64,000 bases of DNA from the NCBI RefSeq assembly GCF_009914755.1, contig NC_060926.1, one strand, 5' to 3'. Shown one piece after another: positions 54,627-64,000 of the stretch. The notes beneath the pieces were generated by a model, which saw only the letters and a list, made by a program, of their open reading frames with translations, did not search any database and was not told where the DNA came from. Source of the DNA: the human T2T-CHM13v2.0 reference genome, Homo sapiens. Both the position numbers and the translations under genes were made by a program. Positions within the stretch are counted from its first letter, which is position 1. Every line of letters starts with the position of its first letter.

Positions 54627-57600
54627 TTTTTTTTTCAGGTTTCTAAAGAAGCAAAGCTCAGACTTCCCTAAAATTCTTTATCTTAGCACCCTCCTCTGCT
54701 AATAGGAAGTGTGAGCATCTCATTCTATTAGAAACTACATGTGTTTCAGCCAAACACCCAGTGCAGACCTATGCTTATAGCAGAAAAAAACAAATGGCTC
54801 CTTTAAAAACTGGGCTTTTGTTACATTTCTGATCACTATAGCATTTTTTGCTTAAGTAAAGGCTTACAGCTACATCAGAGAATTAGTGTTGTAACTCATC
54901 CTGCGTGTGTCAAAATCAAGGCTAGGGTGCTGAAAATACAACTGTGCATATTTGAATACACTCTTACTTACCAAGGACAATCATCAAGGCAGACTCTTTC
55001 TTAAAATTAATGGTATTTAAATTTGGTCCTCAGTGATAAGATTTTTATGTTGTTGCTTTTCACATTCAAATATGATGCACCTAATGATGCTGCTACACAT
55101 GGATTATGCAGGCATAATTTTTAAAAAAGAATTATAAATACTAAGACTTTCTTTTGGTGGGTATCTGTAGCTGCCATGTGTAGGGTGTGCTGATCTTTTG
55201 GGTCCTAAACCTTTGCTTGCTCTCAGCCTCCTCCCTAGTCTCCCCTGATTTGTCTCCAAACACTGTTTTTTAGGCATCTACTCAATCAACCTTCATTGAG
55301 TATTTTCTCTGATTTACTGTCATGCAAAACGCTGTGAGGACTCTTAAGAAAGGAGAAAATACAACCTCTTCCCTCAAGGAATTTACAATTAATTAAGGAG
55401 CCAGATCCACATATTTAAGTCAATCGAAATGCATTTTTATGGACGGCATATTGCTAACTTTCCATTAATCCTAAACAAAATGAACACGTCAATGTGAAGT
55501 ACGGTAGGGATCACCACAGAAAGTTTAGAAGGAAGAGCAGCAGACAATAATATTTTGTTCATACTGGATAGCTGGATACCCATTTCCCAGCACAGTACCA
55601 GACACAACAGATACTCAATAAATGTAATGAACTGCCCCCTCTCCTGACCTGCCATCTATTTCAAAGCTAAGGGACTAGGTGTTTTCCAGGATACCTACCT
55701 TCCCCAAAGGGCCCCTGAGTCATTACAATCTCCAGAAGGTTGTACAGTTTTCTGGCAGCTATCCCAAAGGGGGCTGTGCCTCATCTTACAAGTCAGTGTG
55801 TCTACTTCTCCAGGCACAGTGCCCGTGGAAGCTTGGTTTGCACTTTGTTTTTCTTGTGGGCAGCAGCAAGGTGGGATTACAGGTCTTCAGTGGTGAGGTG
55901 GAAACTTTGGAATCCTTGCCCTTGTTTCCTCAGCAAAGCACACATACATCCCAAAAGGTCAGTCGGCTGTGGACTCTTGGATATTATGGCTGAGTTACAA
56001 GAGAACAACCCTTGTTTACAAAGGCATTTCTTCAAAATGTTTTTGCTTGGCACTTATTTTAGGGTGCTGATTAGCCTGAGTTAAATGTTATCTGTAGAAG
56101 GTGAAGCACCACCTCCGGTTCCCTCCAGGCAGCCACAGCTTTCTCCAGCTGGGGTTGATTCAGGAAAGTATTAGCAATTTTACCCTCTTCCCTCTCAACC
56201 TGAAATGCATCCTATCTTCACTAACTGCCTGGGCGCCTGCAACCTGTAAGACTCATTCCTCAGTGGACCAGTTTCCATGTGCCCTTGCAGAGACTCAGTT
56301 AGTGACGTACTGACAGGTGATCCTAGAAAGTCATATTTCTGGACACAATTTCTCCAAAAAAATGAAGTTTTTGGACTAATTGATTTCCAAGGGCCCTTTT
56401 CCAGTTCTGAAACTTACTTTCTATTAATAAATGTTCCATATTCTCCAATGAGAGACTGAGGTGAGAAAATGGGCCCTCCTCTTCTGCTAGAGCTGTACTG
56501 TCAGGCAAAGGAAAGCCTTGGGAGAAGTCTGGTATAAGCTCAGGACTAAGGCTGGGCCCTGTTTTTTCTGCACATGCACCTTTACTCACTCACCATTTAA
56601 TGAATGCCTCCATGTACCCAAGACAACGTGAAGCCATAACAGAAACAAAAACTTTGTCCTTGCTTAAGATGGAACTTTATGCCACACCCACCATAAGCTG
56701 GGTTTTATGGTGATTTCACATGAATCACCATGCATAATGAGGTTGCTAGAAGGTGATACGTAGAGTTCTGAATGATTTTTAACATACATCTCCCTAATTC
56801 CCATGGTAAATTTGATATGTGGTCAGGTAGCATAATCTTAGATTGCTATGAAACCAATGTTATTTTAGATAAAAGTATATTTGTTTTTGTCAATCTTAGA
56901 AACTATATGAAGGATTTAGGAGGTTGTATATCAATTTGGTTTACCTGTTGCTTTGGTTTGACTTTTTCTGTTACCCAGTGTTATCTTATGCTGCTTAAAG
57001 TTTATCCCAGTGATTCTCAATGGTGGACTTTTTCCAAACCACATAGCTCTCCCAAAGACTCACTGCTCTAATGAGCCATGAGCCTCTGACACAGATGGGA
57101 GTGTGTGGAATCCCTTAAGTGTGCCGAAGTGGAAAAAAAAAAAGAGGCTCCATTGCTTTGGAATATGCAGAGGGCATTTCTCCCTTTGCCCCAAGAATGG
57201 TGTATCAAAATGAGTGCTGTTTCTAAAGGTGGTTGACAGGGTCTGCCCTAGGCCTAGTTGGTGCCTGTCTCTGTAGGAAGGTATAATTTTGCCCTTGGGG
57301 GATGTCTAGATGTAAGGAGCAAAAACATTGTTTTCAAAGGGTGTAATGGTATCCACCAGCTACCAACAGCCTGATTCAGCTCTTAATTCACTCCACAATT
57401 CTAGTTTCTTGGGGCAGGGCAGGCTGTTTTATGACTTGTAGAGATTTGCGTTAATTACTAACATATCATAGAGATAAATCTGAGTTTCCAACACACATAG
57501 GAACAGAATAGCCCTAGAAAATAATAGCCCTATAAAAGAGGACTTGGAGTTGCTGGTACTGAGAAGGGATAAAAGAAGAAAGCAATAAAAAAAATTAAAT

Positions 57601-57961
57601 GTCAGTATCAAGCATATTAACTGAACTGAAAATCCCTGAGTGCATAATAAAACGCCTTTAACTTAATAAAAATGCATTTGACTTAGACAATAATGGAGGA
57701 AATGGACCAAGAATTTGCAACTTGTATCCTTCCAGGTTTTTCCTCACAACTTCTATCTTATGTAAGAGAAGCAGAGCTCAAGCCAAGGATAATCAGCCTT
57801 TCAGGAATGTATGGAGAGTGACAACTCTTATGTTCTCTATCTCCACTATAAAGTGAACAAAAAAACTTGAATACCAATTGTAGTACATGATGCTTAGGTT
57901 AAATACAAAACAGTTCTTACTATAGCAGGATAAGAGGCACTTGAAGGAGAACCTTAAGTGG

Positions 57962-58505
57962 TGTAGTAGAGTGTGTTTCCAAAGATGGCTGCAACAGTAA
58001 CTCCCATCCCATATGCTGTTTTGCAAAATAACACTGTCACTTTCCCATCAAGAGGTAGAGCCTATTACCATCCCTCTGAATCTGGGCTAGCTTTAGGACT
58101 TGATTTCCTCAAGAGAATATGACAAAAGTGATGCTATAGACCTTCTGAGGCTGGGCCTTAACAGATACTACTAGCTTCTGCTTCACCATTTGGAATGCTG
58201 ACTCCTGAAATCCAGTTGCCAAATAAAGAAGGTTAAGCTAGCCATCTGGAGAGGTAAAGAGAGGTCTCAGCCTCCCAGCCAACCCTGCCAAGGCACCAGA
58301 CTTGTGAGTGAAGCCATCCTGGTATTTAAGCCCCAGCAACCATCCGATTGCAACCTCATGAGAGATGCTAGCTAATACCACGTAAAACTGCCTAGCTGAG
58401 CCCTGGCCAAATTCCTGACCCACAGAATAATGAACAAATAAAATGGTTGTTACTTAAAGTCACTAAGTTTGGGGTTATCTTGTTAATGTAATAAAAAATA
58501 AACAG
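57962..58505. mobile_element. MLT1 (E/F-like) MaLR LTR
   Basis: ccaaagatggctgcaac...cccatcaagaggtagag...aaattcctgacccacagaa...aaatggttgtt...cactaagtttgggg. Confidence 0.85.
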
Positions 58506-58723
58506 GTGGAAATATTCCTCCTAGAGAAATTCTAGGAAAAGGAGAGACAGCCATCTGTTTTGTAAACTTAGGCAGAGGCAATCTGTGGTATCAACTTCAC
58601 CTTTCTGGATTTAACAATCCACTGGACATGGAGAAAATGGAGGAATGAATTGCCTTAGAATCTCTACAGTGACTCTTGTTAGAACTTCAGGATGGGACTT
58701 CCTGATAGGGAGCCTTCAAGGTG

Positions 58724-59069
58724 TGCTATGATCTAAATGAGTGCATCTCCCCAAAATCCTTATGATGAAATCCTAGCTCCAAGGTGATAGTATTAGGACA
58801 TGGGACCTTTGAGAAGTGATTAGGTCATGAGGGCAGAACCCTCATCAATGGAATTAGTGCCCCCATAAAAGAGACCTGAGAGAAACCTCTTACCCCTTCC
58901 ATCATGCGAGGACACAGCAAGAAGTTTCCATGCCAGAAAGTGTACCCTCACTGGACACGGAATCTGCCTTGATCCTGGACTTCTCACAACTGTGAGAAGT
59001 AAATTTCTGTTGTTTCTAGGCTACCCAGTTTATGATATTTTGTTATAGCAGCCCGAATGGACTAAAACA
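58724..59069 (+). mobile_element. MLT1A-like MaLR LTR
   Basis: tgctatg...ttaggtcatgagggcagaaccctcat...ttgttatagcagcccgaatggactaaaaca. Confidence 0.88.
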
Positions 59070-59312
59070 ACGGAAAATTGGTTTTTCCTCTGTAGGCTGG
59101 TAGCTCTTGGAACAGAAACTCTTCTTGTTTAAGAAGGTGCTCCACTGATGCTGTTCTGCCCACCACCCCATAAAGCCCATTCCTGCTGTGGAAAACTAAA
59201 GTCAAGAATACATCATTTCTGTTCATATTGTCATCTGATATTATTGAAAACTGTGACTGGTGCCTGGAGCACAGGATGTGCTAAGTATCCTCCCTTAAGA
59301 TTACTTCTTATC

Positions 59313-59677
<365 letters not shown>

Positions 59678-61339
59678 TCACCAGCCAATCTACCACGTTT
59701 CTGTGGAATCATTTCTTCTATTTCCTTTGTGCTGCCCATACTTTCCACTTATCAGCTGATCTGCAGTTAGAATGAATCAGGTATGTGAGGAGATGGCCAC
59801 TTGCAGGCTTCTTTCTTTAAGACCAGATCAATGCCATTGATGGGAGATTCCCACCTACCATAAAAAGATTAATTTGATTTTATGAACAGAAACAAAAGCT
59901 GAGAACTCAGGGGAAGCTTTTCCAAAAGGTTGATGCTATGTTTTTGCATGCGAAAATTTTGCTTTGGGGTTGTGAACTCTTTAAAACAAACAGTTGAGGT
60001 CATTGTTAATGGGAGACAGGATGACTTGCATAGTTTCTGTCAAGACTGACTGCTTTTAGGGAGGAAATGCAGCAAAGAGGGTTGGGCTCTTTCACAATGA
60101 TCCATCTTTCAAAAGCACAAGTGAATGCCCTCTCTCATTAATCATAAGAGTCTGGCTTATATTGGAAATGGGGAGCAAGAGCTACTCGTGGGGACATCAC
60201 ATCTCTTCTCTTGCTGAATGGTGAGAGGGCCAAATAATCCCATCTTTCCACTTGCCTACTTAAGGGACACTTCTCTTGGCAGGCTGAACACCAGAAGAAG
60301 GGATGGATATCCAAATCAGTAAGTCTTACTGTTTCATGGTTCTCCTTTGAGGTAGGATGTTATGGAGGAGAAATTATGTTTCATTCTGGGATTGCCCTGG
60401 ACCAGGCACAAGTTTCATGGCATCTCTTTAATTTATCACTCTAGCGTCACCCAGTAACCAAAAGGCCAAAGCAGATGGATCTTCTCCTTCACATTATCTC
60501 ACCAAACTGTCTCACTCCCTTATTTCACACAACGCTTATTACCTAAACCTAATTTCCAAGAAAGAAATCGTTATGATCACCACCCTCAAATGACCAAGGA
60601 AATCAGAGTAAAAACTTCATAGGAAGTTGATTGCAGAACCAACTAGACTGAAATCTAAAGAAAGACAGGCACCTTCAAACAGACAGGGGACATGAGCTTT
60701 TGCTTACCTGGGACAGATGATGGGTGCCAAGCAAGCTGAAAGAAGGCAGCTAAAATTGTTAACAACTAAAAGCTGAGCGCGTACCATGAGTACAGAACCT
60801 TTGGGATCAATATACATGAGAAATTTGCACCTGTTAGGAGACTTCTTTATAGACTTCATTGTTCATAAGAGATTGGAAACAGGGGAGGAGACCAGAAAAG
60901 GCCTCCTTCTGGAGGCCTTGAGGAGATGTATAGTAGTCACTGCAGGAAAGGAAAAAAGCTTAGCCTTAGGTGCTTCTGTCCTTTCTCCATTGCAAAAGCT
61001 GTAGGCTGCTGAGGAAAGAAAGGGCAGCAAACCCTATTGCCTTCAGGGCACAAGGGAAGACCCAGTGCAGCTGTGGTGAATGGAATAAAAAACAAACCAA
61101 AACAAAAAACCCTTGTATCTATGGGAGAAAGACAGAAAAAGGAACTGGGTCCAGATCCTTAGAGGTCCCTTACTGCTTAGGTAGGAAAACGATCACCGAG
61201 AATGGAAAATATGAACACTTCTACCCCTCAAAACCAAGCTAGCAAGCAATGAATAATCAATGCCAACACTAAACTTCTGGGGTAGAGACACTGTAAGATG
61301 AAGCACAAAGGGAAGACTTAAAACAAGAATGTCTACTTT

Positions 61340-62211
<872 letters not shown>

Positions 62212-63769
62212 CTATTTTGTAGCCCAATTTTGTGAACTAAAGGTTTACACTGTGTGTTTCCCATAGAATACCACTATTATTCCTTACTTTCCCATTGCAG
62301 GCCAGCCCTGATAATACCAATATTCACAGGTCAGGAGAAGTTGGAGGTTAAAAAACATCATGCAATTCTGGTACCTAAACCTCACAATCCCTCCCTCTTA
62401 GCTACTTTCTCTCCATTTTACTTGAAAAAGGAGGGTCAAGAAACAGGATATTCTGAGTTGGTAGAGCACAGATACCCAAGTCAGACTTCTAAACTCAGTG
62501 GCACAGAATCAGGGTATTAACTACCTCTGCTACACAGAGTCCCTCAGCTACAAAAAGGAGCTAGTATTTAAAAAAAGGTACATTCAGAGCACTCACTGTG
62601 TGCAAGACTTTTTATGTGCCAAGTGCCTGCCAACAAAGTAAGAAAGAAAAACTCCCCCATTGGGGAGTTTCTGGTCTAATGGCCAAGACATGGTCTTACA
62701 AAACAGGGGCCCTCCTTGTTCAAGGTAGAAGAGGATGAATTTACCTTCAGAGGGCCAGACACAAGAGTGGAGGTCAGGGAAAATGATAAAAGACAATCAC
62801 AGCATGAATATGGATGACTGAGGGCTTCCTTCTTGGGGTCTGCTTCAAAGGACTGATATCTGGCATTTTTAGTTAGGAACTTCCAGGAATTGAAAAGATG
62901 ATGAGCATCTTGAAGTCTCCTTGATTATGCTTTATTTTCTTTATGCCTCAACTTGGACAGGACCTAGCATATAAGCATTTAGTAAGTAATAGCACTAATA
63001 TGGTCATTATGTACCAGACACTATGCTAAGCATTTTTATATATTATTTTAATTATATTCAAACAAGATAATTAAAGGTGGCAGGGTTTATTAGTAAACCC
63101 ACTTTACAGATGAAAAGAATAAGGCCACAGAAGTTAAGTAACTTGTTCCAGATCACTGAAGGGCTCTTTGGAAAAAGGAGAACCCATGCTATTAGGGGAG
63201 ATGAAGGGAGGAGGTTTTGCCGGTTTATAAGTCAATGCCCAGTCAGAGGAAAACAATTTACATACTTGCCTTTTGTCAACTATACCTCATAAACGCATTT
63301 GTGGATGTGCACAGTAAGGCTGCAAAGTGGCAACTTAGCGTTCAAGTCATCAGCAAGGTGAATGTTTCAGGTTGCTTCCTATTCTAGTAGCTACAAAACT
63401 TTAATCCTAAGCATAAAGTCATTTACAGTTTAGCATTTATGCATATTCATGAATTCTTTGATCCTGTCTTAATTTCTAGGGACTCAACCTAGAATAAAGA
63501 GGCCACTCAATAAGGGTCCCAGAACATAATATGTGTGTGTGTGCATGTGTGCATATGTATATGTATGTATTTATAACAATTACTAATCACTTTAATTAAC
63601 CAACTTAACCTGATTAGTAATGATTTATTTCTTCACTGTCTTCTGACACTGTTCCTTACATTGATAAGTTTTCATTTGTTCCCAGAACCTCTTCTTTGCA
63701 TTTATCCCTCATTGCTTGCTCCAGTTTTTATATTGCCTTGATCCGTCAGCTCTACTCTTAATATGCCAT

Positions 63770-64000
63770 TTCTTTTTTTGTTTGTTTTTTGAGATGGAGT
63801 CTCGTTCTGTCACCAGGCTGGAGTGCAGTGGCGATCTAGGCTCACTGCAACCTCCGACTCCCTGGTTCAAGCAATTCTCCTGCCTCAGCCTCCTGAGTAG
63901 CTGGGATTACAGGCACGTGCCACCATGCCCAACTAATTTTTGTATTTTTAGTAGAGACAGGGTTTCATCACATTGGCCATGATGAAACTCGTGATCTGCC
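63770..64000 (-). mobile_element. Alu (AluSc-like), runs off the window end
   Basis: gagatggagtctcgttctgtcaccaggctggagtgcagtgg... Confidence 0.92.

Noticed and set aside
56707-56731. Hairpin ATGGTGATT...AATCACCAT (also an imperfect one at 12534-12582)
   Set aside because: Stems are short enough to occur by chance in 64 kb and too short for a pre-miRNA.

Overview
Primate (almost certainly human) genomic DNA, dense in Alu, L1, L2, MIR and LTR repeats and depleted of CpG. No prokaryotic-type system is present. The only protein-coding sequence I can support is the 3' end of EXOC6B (exocyst Sec15B) on the minus strand: the penultimate exon (29166-29278), the last exon (CDS 24420-24546, with a ~3.3 kb 3'UTR ending near an ATTAAA at 21099-21104), and a candidate in-frame 12-nt microexon between them (27985-27996, adding ISRE) followed by three QKI-type ACUAAU motifs. 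Everything right of 29278 appears to be one large EXOC6B intron, and 1-21000 is intergenic. From memory of the 2p13 gene order, the retinoic-acid hydroxylase gene CYP26B1 lies just beyond the left end; it is not visible in the window. The most striking non-coding signal is three co-oriented DR5 retinoic-acid response elements within 99 bp (49681-49779), in unique sequence with FOX, HOX and E-box motifs. This is a candidate long-range RA-feedback enhancer for CYP26B1 inside the EXOC6B intron. None of the supplied ORFs is a real gene. Repeat boundaries and subfamily names were assigned by eye and are approximate.
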